Assembly: GCF_964204645.1 (NCBI RefSeq) | Contig: NC_134029.1 | Span: 1,860,001 to 1,924,000, forward strand | DNA from: Tubulanus polymorphus | Taxonomy: Eukaryota; Animalia; Nemertea | DNA: 64,000 bases | Reading direction: 5' to 3' | In this document: one piece after another, positions 38,901 through 52,219 of the stretch | How positions within the stretch are numbered: position 1 is the stretch's first letter | Layout of the letters: every line of letters starts with the position of its first letter | Position numbers and translations under genes: made by a program | The notes under the pieces: model-generated | What the model saw: only the letters and a program-made list of their open reading frames with translations | Databases searched by the model: none | What the model was told of the DNA's origin: nothing

Positions 38901-40814
38901 TCGATTTTCTTCTCATTCAGCAGCACTGCAAACAGCTTTTCCCAAATCGTATTAAACGGCTATCAAGATTGAAGCATTTTCCTCAGGAATGAAAAGGGGG
39001 TTACAAAAGTTGTTCAAAACTTTTAAGTGGGTTTCGTACACAAAGCTTAAACCTTTCAAGTATGAAAAAAAGATGTTTTTATATCCTACGCCATGCCCTG
39101 TACGTATAAAGTAAGCCTTTTCCAAGTAAGTGTTAACCCAAGCAAGAACCATGCATTTCGATAATTTTACGAATCATTATATTTCTTAAGATCCCCGTCG
39201 TGCTTCTTCTTACCGGATTGTGGTGTTACGCTTTGTAAGGTATTCCTGAAAACAGTTCCAAATGAAGTTTGCTGACGTTACGACGTTATATGCAGTATAC
39301 ACACTAGAACAGTACTACATAAATTCATAAGAATCGGTACATGAACTTGTGATAATCATATAACTGGATCAGATAATCAGCACTACTGCGCCATAAATAT
39401 GTATATATAGATATTATATATACGCTGTTCTGAAAACTCGTGCTGTGTCAATTATGTAATAAGACCGCATTATGATATTACGGGCTGCATTTATTTCGAA
39501 TCACGTCATAGCAACGTATTTTTGGTTGGAAAAACAGATCACACCAATGTGCCGATGATCTAATATAGAAACAGCGGCTGCACGCGTGTGTGTGTCTCAA
39601 TTTTGAAATGAAATATAATATTACAATCTCCTCTAGTGGTTTCTTATATGCTCAAAGATAACATATATATTTTAGTAGATGGTAATGAACAAGGCGGGTC
39701 CGTTCTGCTTCGGGAAGTTTTGGAAGATATCTACGTCATATTTATATCTACATATTATTTTCAATAAAAACGGAACAAACGTGCGCGGTAGATTTTGAGC
39801 CAAGTAAGAATAAAAAGAGTATTGATCAAAGATTGTAGAGATAAAAGATCAAAGCATTTTTTATCTTATTTAAAACTCAGTTGAAAGCGGTAAAGCACTC
39901 CTCGGCTGGCGATTTCCCCCACCCTGAGGTAGCTGTAAGTGGGTATATATATACATATACCGCTCAGATAGAAGCAGATCGTGTATTACAAAATCAAAAA
40001 CAACAAAAAGTCAAGATGAGAAAACACAACTGAGGGCAGAAAAATGTTATCCGCGATATTCGATCAGGGTGAAGTCTCTCGTGAACCATTGAACCGGGAA
40101 TCAGGAAGTTGTTGGACACTGGGAATTTATATGAACTCGGTTATTGGAATATCATGGAATCATGATTTAATCAATTAAACCAACAAGATAAAAACTGAAT
40201 GTTTTTGAATCGATACATGTCCATCGAGATGACAGAGAGCATAAACGGTGGTCCGTCCGATTTCAGAAATGCATTTCTTAAATCTTACAATAGGGATTGA
40301 CCATGTTATTTATTTGATTGGTAGATTTCATTTCATTTTTGTTTCGATTTGGTGTCCCATACAAACCCACCACACCTGCCTGAATCAAAACAGGGGGACC
40401 GATCGAGTCAAATAATGCAAATGTTGGAGGATCGAATAACTAAAAGGATGCCTGGCAGCATTTCAGTAATTCAGAAGCTTACATATAATATATACGTATT
40501 ATTATGATAACCCGTATAAAGTAGTTGTAAATTAGCCAGTAACTATAGGAAGGGATTTGTAATTGGATAATGAATGCAGCCTCTGGCCTAAATTTGGACT
40601 GATCGTTTTAACCCGCACTGCCAAATATAATCAATTCACTTTTGTTTATTCAAAGATTGATATATGGTATATACTAAAACTAGATGAAAACGAGAGAATT
40701 ACGCCATACACGACACGCAAATCGTTCATCTACGTCACATAGTCCGTCAAATGACAAGTGAACTGTGAAGTAGTTGCTAGCCGCTTGATCTGATGTGACG
40801 TCACATGAATAACC

Positions 40815-41080
40815 TAAGCCCGATCAGCGGACGTTTTTGCCCGTGTCGTCCGTTCACACTGGTGCCGCGTAGGTCCGTGCCCGCTTGCCAAATTCTAGTA
40901 CGGGTCAAATCATTCCATGTGAATGCTTCAAAGCATTTTCAGCAATTTAGTAACGAGTGGGTGATTTACGTCAGAATTAGTATTACGTTCGATTCTTATC
41001 AAGCACGGGCCGAATTTGACTCAGGTCTGGTCCAGACCAGTTTGTCCCGGGGCAAATCATCTTCAGTGATGGCCGCTATA
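40815..41080. repeat. Dispersed repeat, diverged inverted copy of about 47090-47357
   Basis: Shared blocks include GCCCGATCA..TTTTTG..TTCACACTG.TGCC and AATTTGACTCAGGTC..TCC..AGTTTG, matching the reverse complement of the PAR-bZIP intronic element. Confidence 0.55.
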
Positions 41081-42929
41081 GACTGAGTTCAGGGATTATT
41101 GCCAGATTTCAGTGACACGGTTATATTAACACCTTTTATCGAACAAATGGCAATCCAGATCGTATAATGAGTTAATTAAGTCTGAAAATCCAAGGTTGTG
41201 TAATTTTGATACGTACACGTCAGTTAAATCTTTATCAATAACTGATGAACAAACAACGCCCGCCTCCGATAACAAATACACCATAGAACATGAAGTTAAT
41301 TGCTGAATATTTGGAACAAAATCAGACGTAATGACTTAACTGCATTAATCCTACAGCTCTGTGACGACGACGGGTATTCGGTGTTTTTCAAGTGTATCAA
41401 TTCTATAAACAGTGTCTATAGTGACTTGAACATCAGTGTGAAACCGATTATACAGAGATGTTTTTTTCCACTAAAATGTCAGAATTATCGATGACTTACT
41501 TACCCGCATCTAACATGATATCACGTTGTTGGGTTCAATGAAAATTGAATGACGGATTCGACCGATCCTCGGGACAAACCTTTCGCAATTTTTCAACCAG
41601 GAATATTTATTCATCGAAGTGCTATATAGGTGTGCCGTGTAGTGTATTTTGACTCATAGTTGGGAGACATTTTGATAAGGGAATAATAAAAACCACAATT
41701 AGGTTAATTATACACAGATTACCATGAATTATCTGTGCACTTAATTTTCCTCTTGAAAAACATTTTTATGCTTGTATCGATTAAATTGACAGATATGATG
41801 TTAAAACGATTCATAATCAATATTCGACGAACGATTTTTTTTTTAGATTTGAACCGACCCTCAAAATCAATATATATCTAATCATTTCATTGAAACGCTA
41901 CACGTAAATGCAATTCACGCGAGTCAAGGTTCAAGAATTTGTGTAATGGTTTTTCGTACGCGTATGTACAGGTAAATAATATAGGTGATGACTAGGTGGG
42001 GAAGAAAATAAATATGCCTGAATACTGAGGAAACAAAGTCCCTTGATACCACATATTCGCTATAGATGTTTTATTAGCATTTGGATTCGATTTCAGTTAT
42101 TTTCTTCGTTCTTCACTGTGACATAAGTAGCCACTTTTCTGAACAAATATTAACCTTCTGAATACAATAAATCATTCAAAAAGAATTACACGACGTTAAC
42201 ATTCACATCGTCAGAACGGTGGAAAATTTAGGAAAATAATCAGAACTGATTAAACATCGATAAAAATGCCTCCAGATTGTCTCCACGATTTCATCTCAAA
42301 CCATTTTTCATTCCTGCACCACGTTGAAGAACCGATCAAGAATCGATTCAATTGAAACAATCCCGGGATTTTCTTCAGAATAGAAACTGATTTTGGATTC
42401 TTATTTGTTTGGACGGAATAATATGATAGTCACTAGAATGGCAAGGAAAGGGAGGTTCTTTGCACCAAGTTTGCATCAAGTTCACCTTTCTGCCATCAAT
42501 ACTATTTGGAATGAAAGGCCAATCATTTATCGAGAATAAATCATATCACCTTTATGGATATCCTATCGGCTAGACGTTAATTTTTAATAAGAGATTATTA
42601 ATTATGCGCAACGAGACAAATTGAGGTTGTGTAATTACGCGTATATAATAAGAGATTGTTTTTCAAGTTACTGCGACGCTTTATAAATCATTGTCACCAT
42701 CATTAACACGAACTGTTATAATCGACGGTGGCATGTGATCAATTATAACGGAAAAATAATAACAATAGCATTCCAATCATTGCATGAAGTATTATGTACA
42801 ATAATACATGCATAAAACCAGAAAAATCTCTGAATATTTATTGTTGCAAAGAGCAAAAGAATACTAAGTTTTTTTCCCTAATAGCAATATAATGAGATAT
42901 CTGAATTGAGAAAAATTTGTTAAAGAGTT

Positions 42930-43270
42930 TGATGGGGACATCGCGTGACCTGTTAGATTCTGGAGAAAGGTCATCGCAAACTGGACGCTATGCGATAAAT
43001 GACTATAACCTAGCCAAATCGTAATAGTTTGATAAAGAAAATACATTCAAGTTGGCAGATGCGAGAAGCCTCGATAGGCCGATCGAGATAAACAGCTGTA
43101 TCAAAAAGAGCTCAGTCAAATCTAACTCGGAAAGTGGAACTGGATCCAGAACTCTGCAGTCGCAATTATTGACTTGATTCTTAATGTTACTTACAAGAAA
43201 GCCTGAAACAAAAAGTGGCGTACCAAGATTCATCATGCTCGCACTTACCGCCAGATACAACAGCAGATGA
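42930..43270 (+). mobile_element. Decayed non-LTR retrotransposon (RTE-like) AP-endonuclease fragment
   Basis: Stop- and frameshift-ridden peptides DSGER, KWNW...IIDLIL and KKWRTKIHHARTY resemble the NGERL, TW..IDYIL and RWRS....RTY endonuclease motifs. Confidence 0.45.
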
Positions 43271-45976
43271 TTGAAGTAAAACTTTAGGGAGTCGTCGTCT
43301 GTTAGATGTACACTAGATGTCACTACTTGCTACGTAGTTGCATTAGCATCATAATATCCATCCCAGTCGTAATGAAAGGATTATTCCGTGGTCAAATGTC
43401 GTGTTTCAATAAAACAGTATTTTTTATTGAATTGCACCTGGCCTGAGCTTCAGTCGGCGGGAGGCAATCCAACCCTGGAAATTGAGGATGGACCATGTGT
43501 CAAACCTCACACTGTAACTCCCTAACAATGATAACCCGGCCCTGTAGCAAGTATACCGTATCATGGTTTAATGCTATCTTTTTAATCAAAATGAAAATCG
43601 GATAAAACAAATTGAAAACATTCAATCAAAAAATGGCCTGGAGAAATGATCAGACTCTCAGAAACTCTGGCAACGGCGACAACCTGGAAATATTTCTACA
43701 AAAGAATTGGTTTTGAAAGAGTCGGTATCGGGATATTTGCATTTTTACTTTCGGATGTTTGATCATTTTCTCGCAAAAAGACTGATGGAAGGAAACAGTG
43801 GGAGCTTATTTGGTCAATGAATGATTCCCCTCCCAAAAATTAATTGAATAACTTATTCCGTTAAGCAAGTGAGCTTTGCTAAAAATTGAATATAGTGCCA
43901 CAATTTCCGTAAAGGAAATTTATGTACCGGCGGTAGATGTGCTACTACTTTAGTTCACAGAAATTCCGTTATCGTTATCTATAGAGGCAGCACTGCATGG
44001 TCAAGATCTAATACGGCCTCGCTATTCTACTGTGGCATGTGAGGAATATAGATATTGAGGATTACTGTCAAATTTCATTCGCCACTCAGCACTGATTTGT
44101 TTGAAATGAATAAAAGTATTAATATTGAAGCTTAATTCAAGGAGTATCTACTTTGAAGCTGATTTTCAAGCTATTTCTAATAGAACTCTTTGCTCAGCGA
44201 ATGTATTAGCACCCAGTAAAGCGGCAAATTCACATGCCACAGCAAGAATTTAAAGCGAAAGATTATAATAATCAAACCACAGATCATAATAATAAATATC
44301 TTTCTGCTTTACTGACTAAGTAGTTTGCACTTTTCTCGGATCTCACTGGACTAATAGATTTCACTTTTCATCACTCATGCACTAGGATATATTGATTGCC
44401 AAGAAGTGATGTATGCGTGAATTGATGATTATTTGATCTCCAGGTTGAGTCGAAAAGAGTACTACTCTTCAGCACTTTTGAATTAAAAGCGAGCGGAACT
44501 TCATTTTCCATCGTGTGGTGGCATCATGCGCACTGCAGAGTTCGCTGAATCACCGATTTGATTTCTTTCCCATGAAAACAAAAAAACTAACTAGCAGAAT
44601 TTACATGTAAAATATAAACGAACTATATTACAATAAAGTTTGGATACAGAGGAATTTGTACATGTAATCAGCCTCAAAATTTTACAACGACAAAGGCAGA
44701 ATATTTCAGGGTACATTAGATACAACACCTGCTTTTATTTTGGGAATAAAAGGTTTCTTTGAAAACGATCACCTACTTTAAGTAATATTCAAATTTCAAA
44801 GAATTTCTTAACGAGTTTCAGTCTACATAAGAATTTTTATTTCAAAACTATTGAGACTCATTGCTGATAGAAAATAATCTTCAATATAGAGAAATTCATC
44901 ATATCTCAACAGGCACGGATTCAGTGAGGTGCTTTGGATGCTAGAGCGCCGCCACTCTTAAGCAAAACATCCCCATTGGCTAAAATTCTTATTCTAGGGT
45001 TATGATGGGGCAAGAGATGGGTAGAATTTTGATGAATGGGATGATCGAAACAGTACCTTAAATGCTCAGAATGCGTGAACATTTTTCACTACCTTTTCTC
45101 AGTAGAGCACCCCCTTTTTGAAAATCCTAAATCTTCACCTAGGAAGGTGGCTGCCTCCTAAATTTTTCTTCCAGTTGAAATTAAATCCAACCTTCAACAT
45201 TTTTAAAATCAACTCATACAATTCCTTAACGAAACAACTTCTTACATCATTCAACAAAGCTATTTCAAAATATAAGTCGTCACATTGACACCTCACATAA
45301 TTCACCGGCTTTTATATATTCTAAATATCACAGCGCATATATGACAACACTTCATATCTTATTATATTAGACTTAAAGGATTTATCAAGGTTACATTATA
45401 CAATATGTCATAGTTTAACCTTTCAGTTAAGCCGTGAAATCAATCCACTTATCACTGTCACTGGTGATAATTGATACTGCGGTTATTGAAATAGACAGAA
45501 TTGATGCCGTTTGACCACGGACTCGAGTCCCTGGTTTTACATAACATAAACTGTAATAAAGTTTCGAAAGTGAAGCGTGCAGAGTTTAGAATTCACAACA
45601 ACGCGATCAAATTTCACTGACTTCACGATATCACATCAAAGAATATCAAACAGCACATGATTTTCGCTAAATACAAGCGCCACTCCCTATCAGTCTTAAT
45701 TACAGCCGTACTCATCATTTAAATCTGTATCACTTCATCTTATTGCAAATACATGTGCAAAATATAAGTTCGAATTTATGAAGAACCTTTAGTAAATTTG
45801 TGACAAAGAGTCATTCCCGTATCATTTACAACAGAGGAAGACGATATAATGAAGAATATGTGAAGAAATTAAAACTCAAATTATCTAAATAAGTATCATA
45901 ACCTTATTTACAGTAAACAACTGAAAACTAAATGAGATAAATCAATGCCTTTGAGATACGATTTAAATAGAGTCAA

Positions 45977-46102
45977 GGGCCATTCATAAATACGCGTACA
46001 CAAAATTCTGCAATTCAAAGCCTAACATTATGTACAAATAGAAAAGTGACTAATTTCAACTTAATTCAGCCATGGATGTGTATGTACTTAATGAATGACC
46101 CC
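45977..46102. mobile_element. Older MITE related to the 17395-17558 family, in the presumed PAR-bZIP 3' UTR
   Basis: Ends GGGCCATTCATAAATACGCGTACAC ... GTGTATGTACTTAATGAATGACCCC. Confidence 0.55.
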
Positions 46103-46726
46103 CTTATACAAATACCGTATTGAATCTAAAAACCTTTCCGTTTAATCAGTTACAAGTCATTTAAATAATCCCTTTCCATATATGAAGTATTTAATGATGA
46201 AATTGTATGACATTTATACAGAGTGAAAAGTGAATAGTAGTCAGTCATTGTAGAATGAATGAATGGACTTGTTACAACTGTGTTCATTTGGGAGACTTGA
46301 GTCGACTGACTCTTTATCCGTCGTTCATGGTGACTCTGTTAAACCAGTCATGACCGAGCGAACCGGCTCAAGAGGGTCAGTTCGCTCAGCCAGTTCGATA
46401 TGAATCGATACGCTGAAGAAAACTTCAGAGTAATAGGAGTAATACTGGGAGCAGCCATATCGATAGTGACGGAATATATTGTATTGAGATGAAGCATCAG
46501 TTTACTCAGTCAGCCAAACAAACACAACTAATATCAATAACAGAAATTACAATTGAGAAACTACTTGATCGAGCTCTAAAAATTCTTGTGCGATTCTAAC
46601 ACGAAATCAGTACACAGGAGTCTGGATAATAGTATTTAACACATCATTACATTAATGACTAAATAAAATTCACATAAAATAAACAATGACAACAGTTGAA
46701 TTGACGAGCGTTGAGAGCGAGTGGAT

Positions 46727-49700
46727 TTAACCCTCGTATTTAGCCAGCCTGACCTTCAGAGAAGCGTTTTCCTTTCGGAATTTCTCCAACTGCGATTTCA
46801 AGCCGCTGTTTTCTTTCTCGAGGAATTGAGCCCGCAGCACAATTTGATTCTCTTTGATTCTGCGAGCGTCTCGCGATCGTTTCGCTGCAATGTTGTTTTT
46901 CTTGCGTCGACTCCAGTATTTGTCGTCCTTCAGATCTTCAGGCACAAAAATCTTAAAATAAATCAAAGAGAAACTCCGCATTTGAAGATTCATTGAAACT
47001 ACAACAGTTTAATCACAGCTGTTATCAGGTGAAAAATTGATAAAGCACACAGAATATAACAAGATATACTTCACAAGTTTCATACCAACTACGATGACAA
47101 TTTGGCGCTGGTCAAACTAACCCGGAGCGGACCCGAATCAAATTTGGAACACGTCTAATAAGAGAACGCTTTCACACGTGAATCATTCATGTGTTACTAT
47201 AATGCTACCACGCTGTGCCAAGTGAGGCGAGTCACTCGCAGAACCAGTTAGCATTCATAAGAAATAATTTGACACAGGCCTGGTCCAACGTTTTGGCCCA
47301 ATTTGGCACAGTGTGAATGGTTGGCCTGTGTCAAAAATGCGCGTGTGATCGCGGCTACAAATACTATAGGGATCATTCATTTATAACGTACGCATGATAT
47401 TTGATATTTTCCACCCTGTACGCAAATTTTTTTGCCATTTTTTCATATACATTAAGCATTACAGTTCGCAATTGCACTTACCCCTCCCCTAATTAGTACA
47501 TAATAAAGGGATGATCTCATATTCATTACGTGAAAAATGTTGTGGATTCTAAAAATCGATTTCATTTTTACCTTCCTTGATTTTTTCACCATTGGCTGTG
47601 GCTTCAGCTCATCGGGAGAAAAATGCCTCCTACGTGGGTCGAAATCTTGGCCTACACGAGAAACACGATGAAATAAACTTCAAATGGCAATGATGATTTA
47701 TCCAGTATTAAAACTCAATATTTGATGAATAAACACAGCTGAAAGCAAGCTTAACTAGATCACAGAAGCTGAACTTGTTTTTGCATCATACAACAAAATT
47801 TTCGTTCAAATTTAGCGAAATACTTTAAGGTTCAATAGCGCATTTTAGGCGACATTGCAACATGCAAATATACTTGTAGCAAAAAAAGCTTTCTTACATT
47901 TTCAATCACAGCTACGGGCCTTAATCATGTTTACAGAAAAACATTGACAACTAAAATCCAAGTTTATTTTGATTTTTGTCACTTTCTTTCATGAACTGAA
48001 TCACTAAAAATCTGTCAAAACTGTGCATCGAGACTGAAATAAAATGACTGCGAAGAAACTATCGCCAAACGTGAAAACACCAGTTTCTTCAATCTAGTCA
48101 TAATCTAGGATGAAATATATTTGATGCAGAATCAAACTACGAGGGATTTACAATTAATAGCACAGTAGCAGAAGAAACCTTTATATAAAACTCACAATCC
48201 AGGTGAATATCTTCTGGCTGATGTGGAGGAGTCCATGAACCTAGGAGCCAGATTTAAAATATTACCGTACGTACCAAACCATGGTACGACGCATTCTGGC
48301 CAATGATTATTAATTGTTTTTGGTAACATTTCACTGTCTTAGCTCCATGTGAAGCCGATGTCTAATTCGTCGTCAATGAAATGAACTTAGAGTATTTAGT
48401 AGCATACCTGGAACTGTAGCCAGAGCCAAATCATGGGCTTGAATGTCGTAATCTGGTGATTCTGATCTCGCTGGTGAAACATGTGGACTCTGAATAGGAG
48501 TCTGCTGCTGCAGCTGAGTTTCTACTGGTTTATCATCTTCCACAACTACAGAAATACAAGATTATGGACTTTGATGAAAACTGTTAGTGCAGACTGGATA
48601 TTCTCTCTACCCGGATACATCCCCTCCAACAATTTTCTACTTGGATACATCCCCTCCAACAGTTCCCTACCTGATACAATCTGCAGCCTGAAACAATCCC
48701 CTCAAAAATGTCTAATGCTTGGTGTAGGACTATTTTCAATTAAAAATGTCTTAAGGTGAAGTTCTGAACACATATATACTCTGGATATGAGCATAAATAG
48801 GAATAATAATGGAATATCTAATGTTTGAGGGGTTGCAGAGAGCTGGGGGGAGGTAAGAATTTCCATCTTACAGACATTCCAGTTCAAAGAAAAATCCCTA
48901 AATAATAAATTGTGATAATGAGTGATAATTTAGGCCTACCTGGTCGTGGTGATGAATGAAGACTTGATTGCGGAGATGGAGTTTGATCGAGGAGCAGTCT
49001 GGGAGGAGAACTGATACCAGTACTATCATCAAGACTGCTAGCATCTAACATATCATACGTATCCAATCCGTTAAAACCCTTTAATTGTTCATTGTTATTC
49101 AAACCGTTCTCGTGCAAGAACTCGTCGAGATCCATATATTCAAATTTGAAATCATCTCCGTCGAAAGGGATTGTTTTATCCCACAATGTCGGCCCGAGGA
49201 ACGCAGCCGACGCATCGTATATTCCACTTTCACCTTTGTTCTTCTTATCTGGAAAACGATTAAGTCATAATGACACAAGTTCTTCGGTTTAAAACAGTTC
49301 ATTTTCAAGCCTCTAAAATGATTGCAGGGGATCGTAATTGCAGCACAGCACTGCCACACTCTACACTAACATACTGTAATCTTGGTTTTTATCTAGTTTT
49401 GTTGTATCTGGCCCATTTATTACATTTTGAAGGTAGGTCTGATATGAAAAATATTCTCGCAGCTTTGACATGAGTGGCTTAGAATGGGACCACAAATTGC
49501 TTAGCTTTTAGTCGAGTTACATGTAACTTGTAACATTATATATGATGGGCAGTCAGCCCCTGATATTGCATATAACCTTTCATCTCAATCTGGAAAAAGT
49601 GAAATATGAGTGAAATCCCAGTTCTTCATAATGAAACGTAAGTGAATATTTGTAACGCCCTGTAACACCTGTAACACTATATGAAACACTAGTACATGAG

Positions 49701-50197
49701 TAGCTTTGAATTGAAATATGTTTGAGAAATAGGATCTGAAGATGTCATCTAAAAACTAAAATATCTTTTTGGGGCCCAAATGGATGTGTCACATTCATTA
49801 TCACGGGTTACATGCAGCAGAAAAAGGGTTAACACCAACCGATGTTCTAAAGGTCACACCACTGGTAGTAGAGGTGATTTTTATGCTGTTGTTATATTTC
49901 TATAAAATTGTATACAATTTGTTACAATAAACACCAACTTCTATTCAATACTTTGTATTTACATGCACGCATAATATAATAATATAATCGATTGATGAGG
50001 TGAACATAATAACGTATTGTCATGATGAAAATAGGAAGTGCCCTTGAAAGTGGATATTTTGCCAATCAAAATTTTGGATTGAATTTTTAGGAAGGTACTT
50101 TACCTTCGTTCGGCTCTGGTGCCTTTAACAGATCCGGATTTTCGAGTAGTGTCTTCAGTATTAAACTGCCACCAAAACCTGCTCCAGCCTGATCCAT
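46727..50197 (-). CDS. PAR-bZIP transcription factor (TEF/HLF/DBP/Pdp1 family)
   Basis: Exons 50197-50104 (LKTLLENP), 49248-48940 ([33 protein letters not shown]), 48545-48408 (DLALATVP), 47651-47572 ([27 protein letters not shown]) and 46951-46727 ([30 protein letters not shown] plus zipper). Confidence 0.96.
47369..47518. mobile_element. MITE, inverted copy of 17395-17558
   Basis: Contains CATATACATTAAGCATTACAGT.CGCAATTGCACT, the reverse complement of the interior of the 17395 element. Left TIR GGGATCATTCATTTAT. Confidence 0.8.
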
Positions 50198-51464
50198 TTC
50201 TGTGCGACTTACAGTAGCAAATAGCAAGAACGTATCTTCTATCTTTCACGCAGTGCCAATGTATGCATGTATACAAACAGCTTCGACCTAGATCTACTAC
50301 ACGTCACTCCAACCTGCATGTTCGTTCACAGTCCTGAAAAACAAACACTCGGGTTCGAATCCCAAACAATCGCGTTAGTCTAGTTATGCGCGAATTGTTT
50401 TGAGTTTTGTTTTGAAGTTCATACCTAATAACTCAATAAATCATGGAATTCTAAAAGTATCTAAGAATGAATTAACGTTGCATATACGTTTAAATATACC
50501 GTATTTTTCTTTATTATCATGCTTTTACGTGGTTTTGAGGTTTGGGAACGAATAATAGCCATAAGTCCACCGCTGTCACATGGATTCACGCGTGAGACGT
50601 ACTACAATCAATACGGGTTCGAATCCAGTTCACGCGCAGCAAGCTGCGGCCTGGCCCGTTCAAATGTGTTCTTTCATGGAGAAATAATGTAAACATGTAT
50701 TATGACGACGATGTTTCTGTTTCTAATCGTAGGACGTTCACTTCGGTTAGGGTCGAATCATGATTTGTTTAGTCGGGTTCGTCGATAGCTTCGATCGAAT
50801 GAAACATTTTGTCTATAAGTTTTGCCATGTAAATCGGAAATAAACCAGAAAAATTAATGATAGACTAGCACATTAGTCTTTTTTCGTATAAAATCAGTAG
50901 CCCGGCCCCATTCACTAAATTAATTCGCTAGAGATGAGTCCGGATCGATCCCGATTAGGTTTCGCATGATTTCAGGGACATCTGGCAGAGAACTCCGCCT
51001 CTCCTCAAAACTTTCGCGAATAAGATAAAATATCTGGGAAATTCAATCCACGCTCCACTATTTAAGAAAATCCACGGTCCTTCTAAGCGTAGAAAATATA
51101 ACAAATAGACACAAATAATAGATTTTTAGGTTACCAACAACTGTGTCCTAAAAGAACCATTTATTAACAATTACCCAATATATTACAAAATGATACACTT
51201 ATAACTTTATATTCCACTTATTTCACATCCCAATACTTAGTATTGATAGTTCTGATGAGAACCCCTCCGAATGAGATTCACCAAAATTACTTCCAAATTG
51301 GGTCTAATTCCTTGAAAATTGCACGTACTTAATAGGACACCTATTACACGTAAAAAATATAAATTCTAAAAGTAACTAGTTACATTATTGTTATATATAC
51401 ATTGATATTTACAAGATATGATACACAAATGCTTTCACGTTCCCAAAGTTTGAAAAGTTTATAT

Positions 51465-52219
51465 TCACTTCTTCCTTGCAGCTTTAGCTGGTTTCTTAGC
51501 TGCTTTTTTAGATTTAGAAGCAGCCTTTTTTGCTGCAGGTTTTTTAGCCTTCTTCGGCGATTTTGTGGCTACCTTTTTGGTGGGTTTCTTCGCTTTAGGC
51601 TTCGGTGCCTTTTTGGCGGCAGGCTTTTTTGCTGCGGGTTTCTTTGCCACCTTCTTTTTCGGTTTATCTTCCTTCGAATCTGATGGCAATTTAAATGAAC
51701 CCGAAGCGCCTACACCTTTCATTTGTACAAATTTCCCATGAACAACTCCATTTTTCAGCGCCAGTTTGACATATGTATTACATTTATCATCAACTTTGTA
51801 ATTAGCTTTAATGTATTTGATAATTGCCTGACGCGAAGAACCTGAAAATAAAAATCAGAAAACCTTATATTCAAATTCATTTTCTAAATTCACTAACATC
51901 TTCAATTTGTTTGTAATTAAAATTTATTCATTTGAAAGTACAAGAATTAAAATGTTTTTCCTTTTTTTCCATTGTTTAAATTCAAACTAAATATATCTTT
52001 ATAACCATTTAATCAAAACGCATCAATTGTTACAATCATTGTTTAAAATTAAAAAAAGGATATTTTGAAAAAATCTTTACCTGAACGTTCTTTCAATGAA
52101 GTAATTGCTGCCCTTATCATATCTCCATATTTCGGATGGTCCGCGGGTTTAGTTGCCTTTTTAGGTTTTGCCGCCTTTTTCGGGGATTTGGTTGGTGTAG
52201 CGTCACCTCCGTCCGTCAT
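51465..52219 (-). CDS. Histone H1 (H1.0/H1-delta-like), 171 aa, one intron
   Basis: Exons 52219-52081 (..[21 protein letters not shown]) and 51841-51465 ([25 protein letters not shown] plus a K/A/P-rich tail). AATAAA on the minus strand at 51160-51165. Confidence 0.95.

Noticed and set aside
38840-39250. Exon-like minus-strand fragments (for example PFNTIWEKLFAVLLNEKKIEEREEH)
   Set aside because: I could not assemble them into a consistent spliced frame or recognise a family, and they are not an alternative bZIP exon.
39923-39940. TGAGGTAG, a let-7 seed match
   Set aside because: The following bases do not match let-7, and only a very short stem is possible, not a pre-miRNA hairpin.
36503-45544. 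Canonical D-box words (TTACGTAA at 36503 and 38794, ATTATGTAAT at 39451, TTACATAA at 45537)
   Set aside because: The number is about what base composition predicts, so there is no clear enrichment.
51402-51683. Plus-strand F/C/R-rich ORF, and other antisense ORFs such as 46721-46996, 52065-52271 and 11276-11470
   Set aside because: They are antisense shadows of real exons (H1, PAR-bZIP, Mieap).
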